DNA of 64,000 nt from Candidatus Binatia bacterium (GTDB taxonomy: Bacteria > Desulfobacterota > Binatia > UBA9968 > JAJDTQ01). Below, piece by piece: positions 48,300-59,600 of this stretch. The stretch's first letter is position 1, and each line of letters opens with the position of its first letter. The translations under genes were made by a program, and so were the position numbers. The notes beneath the pieces are model-generated. The model did not search any database. It was not told the origin of the DNA and worked only from the letters and a program-made list of their open reading frames with translations. The DNA is taken from NCBI GenBank assembly GCA_963666515.2, contig OY762897.2:1-64000 (forward strand), written 5' to 3'.

Positions 48300-49811
48300 T
48301 CACGCCGCGCTGCCCAGGAACTCCGCCAGCCGTTCGGCGATGACGTAGACCGTGGCGTTGGTGTTGGCGTGGGTTACCTCGGGCATGATCGAGGCGTCGG
48401 CCACCCACAGGTTGTCGAGGCCGTGGACGCGCAGTCGCTGGTCCACCACCGCGCCGGGGTCGTCCGCCGGCCCCATTTTGCAGGTGCCGGAGGCGTGGTG
48501 GTAGCTGTCGTAGGTGGAGCGGGCGAAGGTCGCCCAGTCCTCGTGGGGTGCCGGGTTGCGCACCGCTCCGTAGAACTCACGCATCGGCGAGGTTCGGGCC
48601 AAGTCCCGGAGGAACTCCATGGCCGCCACCATCTTCTCCACGTCCTTCGGGTCTTCCAGCAGGCCTGTCTCCACGACGGGAAAATCTCTGGCATCCAGGC
48701 TGGGGAGGCGGATCCGTCCCGGCGCTCCTTGCTCCAGCAGTTGCACGGACAAGGGCAGCAGGGTGCCTACGCCCTCGATCCTGGTGGGAGGCCGTAGCGA
48801 AGCGCTGAAGTCGCCGTGATCGATGCTGGGGGAAGTCTGCGCCAGGAGGCGAAGCCTCGACAGGGTCCACGCCACCTCGAAGTCCCTGGCGGCCGCGAAG
48901 GTCACGTGGACGACGGCGTGGTCCTGGAAGTTCCCTCCGACGCCCTCCAGCCCGTGGGTCACCTCGATGCCCATCCGTTCCAGCTCCGCGGCCGGGCCGA
49001 TGCCCGACAGCATGAGGACCTGGGGGGTGCGGTACGCTCCCGCGGCCAGAACCACTTGGCCGGCGGTGTCCGTGTGGATGCGGCCGTCCTTCTCGTAACG
49101 CACGCCGTCCACGCGCCTGCCCGACAGGGTCAGCCCCAGCACCGGCGCCTCGGCCTTGATGGTGAGGTTCGGCCGTCCCCGTGCCGGTTCGAGATGGCTC
49201 ACCGCCGCGGACTGACGTACGCCGTCCTTGATGTTGGAGACCCCCGGTCCCACGCCCACGGGGTCGGGGACGTTGGTGTCGGGGAGGCGTGGCAGGCCCA
49301 TTTCGACGGCGCCGTCGATACAGGCCCGCACCACCGGGGACAGGTCCGAATCCAGGCTGAAGGGACGCTTCACGTAGACCGGTCCGGCGTGGCCGTGGCC
49401 CGGATCGTCCGGGAAGTCCTGGTCCGCTTCGATGCGCTTCAGGACCCCGTGGACCGTTTCCCAGGACCAGTCGGGATTCCCCGCAGCCACCCAGCGGTCC
49501 ATGTCATGCCGGGTCGGCCACACCCAGGCCATGGCGTTGACCGACGAGCCCCCGCCCATGATCTTTCCCGCCAGGGAGCGGAACGGGCTGCCGTCGACGG
49601 GCCGCACGACCGGGACCATGTCGACGTAGGGGGTCTCCAGCCAGACCCGGTCACGGGCGCTGGCCAGCCGGATGGTTTCCGGGATCGGTTGCGGGTCCGG
49701 CGCCGCTTCCAGCAGCAGCACCTTGCGGCGCGGGTCTTCGCTGAGCCGCGCGGCCGCGACGCAGCCGCCCGAGCCGCCGCCGATGACGATGACGTCGTAG
49801 CGATCGGACAT
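48300..49811 (-). CDS. GMC oxidoreductase, copy B (tandem paralog)
   Basis: Same motifs and same 503-aa length as copy A. Confidence 0.92.
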   Translation of the reverse strand: MSDRYDVIVIGGGSGGCVAAARLSEDPRRKVLLLEAAPDPQPIPETIRLASARDRVWLETPYVDMVPVVRPVDGSPFRSLAGKIMGGGSSVNAMAWVWPTRHDMDRWVAAGNPDWSWETVHGVLKRIEADQDFPDDPGHGHAGPVYVKRPFSLDSDLSPVVRACIDGAVEMGLPRLPDTNVPDPVGVGPGVSNIKDGVRQSAAVSHLEPARGRPNLTIKAEAPVLGLTLSGRRVDGVRYEKDGRIHTDTAGQVVLAAGAYRTPQVLMLSGIGPAAELERMGIEVTHGLEGVGGNFQDHAVVHVTFAAARDFEVAWTLSRLRLLAQTSPSIDHGDFSASLRPPTRIEGVGTLLPLSVQLLEQGAPGRIRLPSLDARDFPVVETGLLEDPKDVEKMVAAMEFLRDLARTSPMREFYGAVRNPAPHEDWATFARSTYDSYHHASGTCKMGPADDPGAVVDQRLRVHGLDNLWVADASIMPEVTHANTNATVYVIAERLAEFLGSAA

Positions 49812-49859
49812 GGGGTTCTCCTTGCGGAAACTCCGATTATTGTCGCCGGGCAAGATGGC

Positions 49860-49897
49860 GCCCTTCGACTTCGCTTCGCTACGCTCAGGGCGAACGG
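49860..49897. repeat. Intergenic palindromic repeat element
   Basis: GCCCTTCGACTTCGCTTCGCTACGCTCAGGGCGAACGG, a REP-like hairpin. Confidence 0.5.
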
Positions 49898-49946
49898 TGC
49901 CATCTTGATCAGAGGTAGAGGCCGTTCTGCAATACGGATGGCCACC

Positions 49947-51305
49947 CTACACCGCAGTCGGCGTGGCCGCCCGGGCGAGGGCGCCGGCATCCTCCAGTTC
50001 CGCCGCCCCCCGGCAGGCGTGAATCATCGCCTGGGTCGAAGCCTCTCCCAGCAGCGGGTCGGCTAGGGCGTGGACCTTCGCGTCCATGTCTTCATCGGAT
50101 AGCGGGCATTCGTGGCTTCCCGAGGCCTGCTCGACGACCTCCTCGACGGTACGGCCGTCCTTCAGCCGTATCGTGACCACGGCGCCGGCTTCGCGGATAT
50201 TGCCGTCCACCACCGCGGTAACCCGGTCGCGCACGGCCGTGACGCGCGGGTCTTGCACCACCTCGTCGGTGAACTCGGCGACGCCGACCCGCCCCAGCAC
50301 GAGGGCGGCGCCCACCGCGTGGTACACGCTGAACTTGCCCTGGAGCCCGGTCTCCGGGGTCTTGTTGCCGGTCAGCTCCAGCACCAGCGGATGCACCCGC
50401 AGTTCCACCGACTCGATGTCGTCGCCGGTGAGTCCGTGCCGCCGTTTCAGGCTGATGCAGCCGTCGAGGCTCGGGTGGATCACGACGCCGCAGGGGTAGG
50501 GCTTGTAGGTGTTAAGCAGGGTCTCGTAGGTTTCGCCCAGGCCGTCGCAGATGGCGCCGTAGTCCTGCTTCGTGGACAGCACCCGGGCGAAGCCGCGCGG
50601 GGCCTCGATGGCGCGCTCGGAGCCGCTGAGTCCCTCGGCGGCCAGCAGCGCCGCGGCTAGGCCGTTCTGCGCCGCCCGTCCGATGTGGAAGGGCTTCAGC
50701 ATGGTCCCGAACATCTCCCGCAGCCCCGCGGCCTGGGTGGCGGCTCCGGCCAGCGCCCAGCACATGCGCTGCACGTCGAGTCCCAGCAGGCGGCCGGCCG
50801 CAGCCGCAGCCCCGAACACGCCGGCGGTGCCCGTGATGTGCCAGCCCACGTCGTAGTGGTCCGGGTAGACGGCGTTGCCGATGCGGCACTCCACCTCGAC
50901 ACCGAGGATCAGGGCGTGGAGGAAGTCGCGCCCGGAGACGGGTCGGTGCTCCGCCAGCGGCACCAGCGCCGACGCCACCGGCCCGGCGGGATGGATGATG
51001 GTCTGCAGGTGGGTGTCGTCGAAGTCGAACACGTGGGAGCCGATGCCGTTCAGCAGCGCCGCGTGCAGCACGTCGACCCGTTCCGTCCGGCCCAGCACCG
51101 AAGCCTGCGGCTGCCCCATGAAGGGACCCAGCGCGCGCAGCGTGATGTCCACGGATTCGTGCCGCGATCCGCCTACGGCGCAGCCCATCCAGTTGAGCAG
51201 GGTGCGCGCGGCCTCTACGCGCACGGCGTCGGGGACGGTGTCGAAATCCGACTCGCAGACCCACTCGGACAGCCGTCGGGTCACTTCCATATCCGTGTTG
51301 CTCAT
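49947..51305 (-). CDS. MmgE/PrpD-family protein
   Basis: SHVFDFDDTH, IHP, GWHITGT, KPYPCG and KFS motifs. Confidence 0.9.
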   Translation of the reverse strand: MSNTDMEVTRRLSEWVCESDFDTVPDAVRVEAARTLLNWMGCAVGGSRHESVDITLRALGPFMGQPQASVLGRTERVDVLHAALLNGIGSHVFDFDDTHLQTIIHPAGPVASALVPLAEHRPVSGRDFLHALILGVEVECRIGNAVYPDHYDVGWHITGTAGVFGAAAAAGRLLGLDVQRMCWALAGAATQAAGLREMFGTMLKPFHIGRAAQNGLAAALLAAEGLSGSERAIEAPRGFARVLSTKQDYGAICDGLGETYETLLNTYKPYPCGVVIHPSLDGCISLKRRHGLTGDDIESVELRVHPLVLELTGNKTPETGLQGKFSVYHAVGAALVLGRVGVAEFTDEVVQDPRVTAVRDRVTAVVDGNIREAGAVVTIRLKDGRTVEEVVEQASGSHECPLSDEDMDAKVHALADPLLGEASTQAMIHACRGAAELEDAGALARAATPTAV

Positions 51306-51440
51306 GTGAGGGACTCCATAGTGGGGCTTGGCTGGAGGTTCATGCGCCGGCGAGCCGCACGATCCTTGACAACGCGCGTCGGGGTCTTCAATGTTGGTCT
51401 TTTGTCCTGTCAATGTAAACCGAATCAACGGAGGTGAGAA

Positions 51441-52562
51441 ATGGACTGTGTAGACGCTGACGGCCACGTGGAAGAGTGCCTGGAGACTTTCGACGACAAG
51501 TACCTGGACCCCAAGTTCCGCAGCCAGCGGCCTCGGGTGGTGGGCGTGGACGGCATGGCCTACTGGATGATCGACGAGCAGCTCTTCCCGCGCCGGGTGG
51601 GCCGGGGCTGCAACAACCTCGGAACGCCCCTGACCATCAACGGCGAGCTTGCGAAACACTCGGTGGGCAAGGTGGACAGCGTCGGCAGCCAGGAGCTTAC
51701 CAACATCCCCGAGCGGCTGGCGATCATGGACGAGGAGGAGATCGCCGTGCAGGTGGTGTACACGACGCTCTTTCTCGCCTATCCGCTGACCGACAACGTC
51801 CCCCTCGCCACCGCGCTGTGCGACTCGTACAACCGTTGGCTGGGAGACCGGTTGGCCGGAAACGACCGCATCAAGTGGTCCGCGGTGGTGAACCTCGACG
51901 ATGTGGACGGCGCCGTGCGCTCGGTGAACGAGGCCGCGGGGCTGGGAGCCGTGTCCGTCATGGTGCTGGGGACCGCGGGAGACCGGCTGCTGGACGACGA
52001 CGCGCTGCTGCCGTTCTATGAAGCCGTGGAGGGAAACAACTTGGCGTTGGGGGTCCACGTGGGCTGGTCCTGCCCGTCGGTGAACAACCTCTACTCGCAC
52101 ATCTATCCTTCGGGCGTCATCGCTTTCCACATGCCGGTGCTGATGGCATGCACCTCGCTCATCGCCGGCGGCGTCCTCGACCGGCATCCGGACATGCGGG
52201 TGGTGTTCCTGGAGGCCGGGTGCATGTGGGTGCCGTTCATGCTCGACAGGCTGAAGCACCGCTACGAGAACCAGGGAGAGCTGCTGCTCAAGTTCCTCCC
52301 CGAGTGCGTCCCGAATCAGGCGCTACCGGCCATGGACTACGTGAAGAAGGGCAACCTCTTCTTCAGCGCCGAGATCGAGGACTCGCTGCTGCCGCAGGTC
52401 ATGGACCTGGTGGGGCAGGAGCAGATCGTCATGGGGACCGACATGCCCCACGGCGACCGCGAGCGCTTCGCCGCGCGCATGCTGCGGGAGCGCACCGACA
52501 TTTCCGACGCCGCCAAGGACGCGATCCTGGACGCCAACCCCCGGCGGCTCTACGGACTGTAA
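51441..52562 (+). CDS. Amidohydrolase_2-family protein
   Basis: DADGH, GVHVG, FLEAG and GTDMPHGD motifs. Confidence 0.88.
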   Translation: MDCVDADGHVEECLETFDDKYLDPKFRSQRPRVVGVDGMAYWMIDEQLFPRRVGRGCNNLGTPLTINGELAKHSVGKVDSVGSQELTNIPERLAIMDEEEIAVQVVYTTLFLAYPLTDNVPLATALCDSYNRWLGDRLAGNDRIKWSAVVNLDDVDGAVRSVNEAAGLGAVSVMVLGTAGDRLLDDDALLPFYEAVEGNNLALGVHVGWSCPSVNNLYSHIYPSGVIAFHMPVLMACTSLIAGGVLDRHPDMRVVFLEAGCMWVPFMLDRLKHRYENQGELLLKFLPECVPNQALPAMDYVKKGNLFFSAEIEDSLLPQVMDLVGQEQIVMGTDMPHGDRERFAARMLRERTDISDAAKDAILDANPRRLYGL

Positions 52563-52637
52563 GCCTTCAACGGCGGACCGCCTGCTCCGCGTCAGGAAAG
52601 GAGCGGGCGGTCCCGCATCGACTCCCGGGAGACACGC

Positions 52638-53450
52638 ATGGCACTGAAAGCCTCCATGGGCGCCACTTACGGCTGGCGCGCGCGCATCGGTTTCGTAACT
52701 CCAAGTCCCGGCCACGAGAACAACGGCTACGAGTTCTATCTCATGGCCCCCGACGGCGTCACCATCGTGATGACGTCGCTGCACGTTACCCAGTTGACCC
52801 AGCAGCAGTATGACGACGCGGTGAGCCGCATGGACGCGGCGGTGAAGGAGCTGGAGGACCGGCGGGTGGATTCTATCATCCAGGCCGGGGTGCCGCTGGT
52901 GGTGACCCGGGGGTGGGGATTCGAGGAGAAACTCCTGGCCGAGGTGGCGCGTCAGACCGCCATACCGTTTGCCACGGACATCGGCTCCTGCATCCGCGCC
53001 ATGCACACCCTGAGCATGGCCCGCGTGGTGATGCTCACGCCCTTCGACGACGTCATGCACCGGCTGCTCGCCGAGTACGTGGGCCACGCCGGCATCGAGG
53101 TGGTGGCCACCCGCTCCCTGTGGCCCTCCGACGAGGCCGCCATGTCACGCCGCTACGGCGTGTCCACCATGCCCCTGGCGGAGATATACCGCGCCGCCAA
53201 GGACCTCTTTCTCTCGACGCCCGGCGCCGACGGCATCTGGATCACCGGCGCCCTCATGCCCAGCGTCGCCGTCATCGACAGCCTGGAGCAGGACCTCGAC
53301 GTCCCCGTGGTGACCAGCATGCAGGCCATGATGTGGGCCGGCCTGGGTCTGGCGCACGTGGACTCGGAGGTGGAAGGATACGGCCACCTGTTCGACTACG
53401 TGTACGGCGCCGAACCGGTTAACGATGACGGATATGACCCGGAAGCGTGA
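52638..53450 (+). CDS. Maleate isomerase/Asp-Glu racemase-superfamily protein
   Basis: YGWRARIG, MAPDGV, LTPF and LEQDLDVPVVTS motifs. Confidence 0.8.
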   Translation: MALKASMGATYGWRARIGFVTPSPGHENNGYEFYLMAPDGVTIVMTSLHVTQLTQQQYDDAVSRMDAAVKELEDRRVDSIIQAGVPLVVTRGWGFEEKLLAEVARQTAIPFATDIGSCIRAMHTLSMARVVMLTPFDDVMHRLLAEYVGHAGIEVVATRSLWPSDEAAMSRRYGVSTMPLAEIYRAAKDLFLSTPGADGIWITGALMPSVAVIDSLEQDLDVPVVTSMQAMMWAGLGLAHVDSEVEGYGHLFDYVYGAEPVNDDGYDPEA

Positions 53451-53537
53451 AGTGCTTGGTTTGGTTCCAGTAACTCGCGGGACGTAAACCGGCAATGCGC
53501 GAGGTTCGTCAAAGGACGGGCTTTCTTGGAGACTCTG

Positions 53538-56500
53538 ATGCCGTTTTCTCCCGGCCAGATCGTATGCTTGGCGTCCAACCCATCTGTTACGGGAGCCGTC
53601 GTCGACATCGTGGCAGGATCGTCCGAAGACTCCGTCAGGGTTTTTGTCAACGGCGATATTCGGACGTATTTCGCCTCTCAATTACAGGTTGCTGATCCAG
53701 CGGACCACGCAACGCCTCTGTCTGCAAGGCACTTTCAGGCCCGCCTGACCGCCCTGCAAATACGCCATCCCAACCTCTCGACGCTGTATTCGCTCAATGC
53801 CGCCCGTGTCGATTTCATCCCCTATCAGTTCCGTCCGGTGCTGAGATTCATCCGTTCCGACCGTCCGCGCTTGCTGATAGCCGATGGCGTGGGGGTGGGC
53901 AAAACCATCGAGGCCGGGCTGATTCTCAGGGAGTTGCAGGCTCGGCGGGAGGTCAAGTCCGTTCTCATCGTGTGTCCCCGTCCGCTCGTGACCGAGCGTA
54001 AATGGGAACTGGAGATGAAACGCTTTGACGAAAGGTTTACCCATTTGGACGGTGCAACATTGCGATACTGCATCAACGAAATGCACCTTGAGGGCGAATG
54101 GCCCGACCAGCATCGGAAAACGATCCTTCCGTATTCGCTGTTCGACGAGGCGCTTCTGTACGGTCCCGGCGGCAAAAAAAGCCGGAAACGACAACGCGGC
54201 AATGGTCTTTTGGATCTGGATCCGCCCCCGCGCTTCGACCTCGTCATCGTGGACGAAGCCCACCACATCCGCAATCCGGACACCCATAGGCACGCGGCGG
54301 TACGGTTTTTCTGTGAACATGCCGAAGCAGCGGTCTTTCTTACTGCCACCCCTGTTCAGCTCGACAGCCACGACCTTTTCGTGTTGTTGAACGTGTTGCG
54401 TCCCGATCTCGTACTGGATCAGGCCAGCTTCGAGCACATGGCGGAGCCGAACCCGTTCATCAACCAGGCCGTGCACCATGCCCGTACGCAAGGGCAAGGT
54501 TGGACGGGGCGCGCGACGGCCGCCCTTGAACAGGCAGCCGCCACCGCCTGGGGCCAAGCGATACTCAGGGACAATCCCGAATTCGGGCGGATCAGGGACA
54601 GGCTTGCCAAGGGGAGCGTCGCTGCCGACGAGAGGGTTCAATTCATCACCGACATGGAAGCCTTGCATACGTTTTCGGGCATTATCAACCGTACGCGTCG
54701 GCGCGATATCGGCGCGTTCACCATTCGGAAGCCGGAAACGTTCAAGGTTGCATTCACGCCCGACCAACAACGGCTTCATGACGAGTTGCTCCGTGTTCAG
54801 GCCGAGATATTCAGCCGGTTGCATCCAAGCGCCAACGTCAAGTTCATGATGACCACGATTCGACGGCAGGCTGCGAGTTGCCTTTATGGACTTGCTCCCT
54901 TCCTCACGGATATCCTGAATCGTCATCTCGATGAACTGGAATGGGAGGAGGTCGACGATACGGGTACGGTTCCGTGGAGCGATGTCAACGGCCCAATCCG
55001 CGCGCAGATCGAAACCATTCTGGAGCACGCCCGCAACCTTGACCCCGAAGACCCGAAACTTGAGACGTTGCGTAAAATCATCCGGGATAAGCAGGCCCTG
55101 CCTAACAACAGGATCATGCTGTTCAGCAGCTTTCGGCACACGCTTGCCTATCTGAACGGACGTCTCAGAGAGGATGGTATCCGCGCTGGAATGATTCACG
55201 GTGGTACGCCGGACGACGAACGTGTGGTACTGCGCAACCGCTTCGAGAAGCCACGTGAAGACCGTGACGCCCTTGATGTCCTGCTGTTCTCGGAGGTTGG
55301 TTGTGAAGGTTTGGACTACCAGTTCTGCGACTGCATCGTGAACTACGACCTGCCATGGAATCCCATGCGAATCGAGCAGCGCATCGGCCGTATCGACCGT
55401 AAGGGTCAGCGGAGCGAAAGCGTTGCCATCGTCAACCTGATTATCCCCGGAACGGTCGATGCGGACATTTACGAGCGCTGCCTTGTCCGCATCGGCGTGT
55501 TCGAGAATGCCTTGGGGGGCAGCGAGGCGATACTTGGCGACATCTCCACCGAAATCAAGAATATCGCCGAAAACTATTCCCTTAGTGAGGTAGACCGCCG
55601 GGAGAAACTGCAACAGTTGGCGGACAACAAGATTCGGTTGGTACAGGAACAGGAAAGGCTCGAGGAGCAGCAGTCGGAGCTCTTCGGTATTCGTCTGCCG
55701 GAAGATCAGATGAAGCAGGAGATCGAGGACGCATCGAGTTTCTGGCTGTCTCCGTCGTCGCTCCGCAAGCTGGTCACGGTGTATCTGCAAGATACCTGCG
55801 GGACGGCGCAGGAGTTCATCCTTGGCGAGAAATCCCTTAAAACATTGCGCCTTTCCCAAGATGCCCGGAATCACATGCTGCGTGACTTTCAGCAGCTCTC
55901 TGGACGGAGGAATACACCTGCCTATCGCGCCTGGGAAACTTGGTTAAAGGGAAGTGACCCACACTTGTCCATCACCTTCGATGCGGATTGCGCGAGCCAG
56001 AATCCACGAGTCACCTTCATCATGCCGCTGCACCCGCTCGTCATCCAGGCCGCCGGATCGCTTGTCGCAAAGCGGGTGGTCAGGACTACATTGAAGGCCA
56101 AGACTGACCGAATGCCTGCAGGGCGCTACGAGTTCGCCGTCTACCAATGGCAGTTCCACGGTATCCGGGAAGATCTGGTGCTCAAGCCGATTGCTGCATC
56201 GCGGGTTCTGACACCAGACCTTGGTCGTTTGCTTGAGAATGCGGTGGATGTCGAGCCGGACAGATGCGACAGTGTGGCTACCGAGTGGGACGAGTTGGAT
56301 GGACGGCACCACGACCTCTGGTCCGAGGCCCGTAGACAGCATCAACAACGGACTCGGGAACTCGCAGCGTACCGAAGGGAGAGCTTGGCCACCAGCCATC
56401 ACGCGCGCTTGGCGCTTCTAAGAGATCAACACCGAACCGCCGGCGACGACAATATCCGACGAATGCGTCAGTCGCAGATCGATTCTGCCGAGGCGGACTA

Positions 56501-56597
56501 CAATCGACGTTGCCGGGAGTTGGATTCGGCCATCGAGAGAGCGGATGTTGTCGCCGAGCCCGTGGCGTATGGGATACTGTATATTGAGCTATATTGA
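53538..56597 (+). CDS. SNF2-family helicase/ATPase (defence-type, HmaA/DrmD-like)
   Basis: PYQ, ADGVGVGKT, VDEAHH, TATP, EGLD, NYDLPWNP and QRIGRIDR motifs. Confidence 0.9.
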   Translation: MPFSPGQIVCLASNPSVTGAVVDIVAGSSEDSVRVFVNGDIRTYFASQLQVADPADHATPLSARHFQARLTALQIRHPNLSTLYSLNAARVDFIPYQFRPVLRFIRSDRPRLLIADGVGVGKTIEAGLILRELQARREVKSVLIVCPRPLVTERKWELEMKRFDERFTHLDGATLRYCINEMHLEGEWPDQHRKTILPYSLFDEALLYGPGGKKSRKRQRGNGLLDLDPPPRFDLVIVDEAHHIRNPDTHRHAAVRFFCEHAEAAVFLTATPVQLDSHDLFVLLNVLRPDLVLDQASFEHMAEPNPFINQAVHHARTQGQGWTGRATAALEQAAATAWGQAILRDNPEFGRIRDRLAKGSVAADERVQFITDMEALHTFSGIINRTRRRDIGAFTIRKPETFKVAFTPDQQRLHDELLRVQAEIFSRLHPSANVKFMMTTIRRQAASCLYGLAPFLTDILNRHLDELEWEEVDDTGTVPWSDVNGPIRAQIETILEHARNLDPEDPKLETLRKIIRDKQALPNNRIMLFSSFRHTLAYLNGRLREDGIRAGMIHGGTPDDERVVLRNRFEKPREDRDALDVLLFSEVGCEGLDYQFCDCIVNYDLPWNPMRIEQRIGRIDRKGQRSESVAIVNLIIPGTVDADIYERCLVRIGVFENALGGSEAILGDISTEIKNIAENYSLSEVDRREKLQQLADNKIRLVQEQERLEEQQSELFGIRLPEDQMKQEIEDASSFWLSPSSLRKLVTVYLQDTCGTAQEFILGEKSLKTLRLSQDARNHMLRDFQQLSGRRNTPAYRAWETWLKGSDPHLSITFDADCASQNPRVTFIMPLHPLVIQAAGSLVAKRVVRTTLKAKTDRMPAGRYEFAVYQWQFHGIREDLVLKPIAASRVLTPDLGRLLENAVDVEPDRCDSVATEWDELDGRHHDLWSEARRQHQQRTRELAAYRRESLATSHHARLALLRDQHRTAGDDNIRRMRQSQIDSAEADYNRRCRELDSAIERADVVAEPVAYGILYIELY

Positions 56598-56615
56598 GCG
56601 GGTCGAGAGGACACA

Positions 56616-59600
56616 ATGAATCTCGAAGAATTACGACAGAGACGCCTGAAATGGGTGGAAGCGAATCGCGAAAACGACTTTGAAGACGGTATCAGAGCCC
56701 TTCTCACGGACCTCTATCCGGACAATGCACATTTTATTTACGAGCTTCTTCAGAATGCTGAGGATGCCCAGGCAACGGCAGTTCGCTTCGTCCTCAAGCA
56801 GGACGGCGTTGAATTTGAGCACGACGGGAAGCTGTTTTCGATCCAGGACGTAAAGGACATTACAAGTATCGGAAATAGCGCAAAGAAAGACGATCCGACC
56901 AGCATCGGCAAGTTCGGGATCGGTTTCAAGGCCGTGTTTGCCTATACGACGACGCCGGAAATCGCATCTGGTCAATTTCATTTTCGCCTCCGTGACCTGG
57001 TGGTGCCAGAAACAGAGGGATTGGCGCCGCATCCACCTGATGGAGAAAAGACCCTGTTCGTCTTTCCTTTTAATAACCCTGCAAAGTCGCCCGAAAAGGC
57101 CCGTGATGAGATTGAGAGAAACCTCCGGCAGTTGGACGAATACGCCCTCCTTTTTCTGAAGAGTATCAAGAAAATAGAGTACCAGTTGCCCGATTCGTCC
57201 CAGGGGTCTCTGAGGCGGAAGGAACCAAAAGGTGACCGGATTGAAATTTTCATCGAGCACCCTGAAGAAGCAGGGTCGAGTTCACGTTCATTTCTCCGGT
57301 TCGACGGGTCCGTTGAAGTCGATGATGAGGACGGCGAACCCAAGGTGTGCCGCATTGCCGTTGCTTTCGGCTTGGAACGGAGCCAGGACCCGGAAGCGAA
57401 ACGGTCCGGCGGCAAGAGAAAACCACGGGTAGGCCGTTGGAAGATAGCGCCGTTGGAGCCGGGGAAGGTTTGCATCTATTTCCCTGCGGAAAAGGAAACA
57501 TCCAATCTTCGGTTTGCGTTGCACGCGCCTTTTGCCTCGACCGTTGCGCGCGACAGCGTGCGCGATTGCGCAGCGAACGATGCCTTGCGGGATCACTTGA
57601 CGGATCTCATCGCGGAGTCAATGACCAACCTGCGCGATCAGGATTTGTTGACGGTGAGCTTTCTTGCGACGTTACCCAACGACAAGGACAATTTGCCTCC
57701 ATTCTACAAGCCGATCTTGGAAAAGCTGGTCGAGGTGTTCCAGAGCCAGAAGCTTACACCGATGAAGGATGGCAGTCACGAGGTCGCAAATGGGGTATTT
57801 AGAGGTTCCAGGCAGCTATCCGACCTCATAGGTGATGAGGATTTGGCGACAATCCTCGGACAGGACGATTATTGCCCGCCGATGTGGATCGCCAATCCCC
57901 CTCAACAACACCAGCGTGAAGACAACTTTCTTTCCCTGCTGAGCGGCATCTCTGAATGGACGAGGGAAGATCTCGTCCAGCGGCTGTCCACTCGACCGGA
58001 ACAGGTCGCCAAATGGCTGACGAACAAGTCGGCTCATTGGCACCGAAAACTCTACGCGTTCCTGGGTGACTTCTTGACAAGCGCGCCAAATCGTCGGGAG
58101 GAAGCAGATCGTAAACGCAAGCTGGAACAGCTCCCCGTGGTTCTCTGCAGCGATGGCGCGCACAGGGTCGGGCAGGAATGTTACTTCCCTGGCGACGAAG
58201 ACGAGGGCGACGACGGGTTCCCACGTGTGGCCAGACACACCTATTCTTCTGGCGACAATCCGCAAGAGCAGAGGAAGGCCCGTGAGTTTCTTGACGTTGT
58301 TGGGGTTGGTGAAGTCGACGAGGCTGAAAGGGTGAAGGCGATTCTGAAGGAGCGATATTCGGAGGGCTCAATCGAACCTCGCCAACAGGATATGGAGAGA
58401 TTCATCAGGCTCGTCGAAGGATACGAGCGGTGTGCGGACATGTTCCGGGAACATTGTATCTTTCAATTGGAAACAGGAGATTGGGGGAAGCCAAGCACGG
58501 TCTTTCTTGACTCACCCTATCGAGACACCGGCCTGACGGCTTACTATGAGATACTCGGTGAAGCTCAGGGAAGGAGACGGGCGCTCTCCACGAAGTATGA
58601 CGCGTTTGGCATAGAGCCAACACGGTTGGGGGAGTTTGCTGAGGCGGTAGGCGCTCAGACAGAGCTACGACCCAGCAAACAAAGGATTCCCCCTAGCCAT
58701 CCTGAAAGGCGCAGGCTAAGTGACGGAGGGGGATGGTCAGAGAAGTACGGAATAGATAAGGACTACGATATCCCGGAGTTTGACGTGCTGTTGGGGCAGC
58801 CCAGCTTGGACAGGTCGAGGTTAATCTGGCAAACGATGACAGAACTGCCTGGTGCGTGTCTGAAAGCGGAGTATCGGTCCAATAGCTGGCATGCCTCGAA
58901 GGTTGCCGAGTCCACGCTTGTCCACAAGCTCAGAAGGCGCGAGTGGGTTCCGCAAACACAGGACGGCGGAGAGAGCATCCGTTTCGTGACGCCTGCTGAA
59001 GCCGTTTCTGACGGTCTCCTTAAGGGCTTTGCATTCGACCCGGGAGTGGAATGGCTGGAAGCAATCGAGTTTGGAAAGTCTCGACGAGATCGAGAGAAGG
59101 GTGAACGTCAGAGAAAAGAACAGTCTGCCCAAGACTTTCAGCGACAAAGCGAGGCATCTGAGGTGTTGGGGTTTCGGAGCGTTGAAGACGCGCTAGAGTT
59201 GGCACAGATGTTGCGTCAAGATCCTGGGATAGTGGAGCGATTGAAGAAAGACAAGCAGAAACCGCCATTTCCTGAAAGGGTGGCCCGTAACGCCGGTCGT
59301 GCGCGGGCACGGCTCATTGAAGATGTCGCTAGCCGTCCCGAGAAGGAATACGGTACGCGACCCAGAAGCGTGCGGGTCACAAGGAACGAGATCGATCCCG
59401 ATACCTGGTTGAGGAACCAGTACACGAACGAGGATGGACAGATGGTCTGCCAGATTTGCAAAGACGCAATGCCGTTCATGAAACGGGACGGCGAGCACTA
59501 CTTCGAGGCGGTGGAAGCCTTGTCCAGAGATTATTTTCCCAAGGAGCACGAAGAACAATTTCTGGCCCTGTGCCCACTTTGTGCCGCGATGTACAAGGAA

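Noticed and set aside
51306-52259. Extension of the MmgE/PrpD ORF to 770 aa
   Set aside because: Antisense to the amidohydrolase; family similarity begins at 51305.
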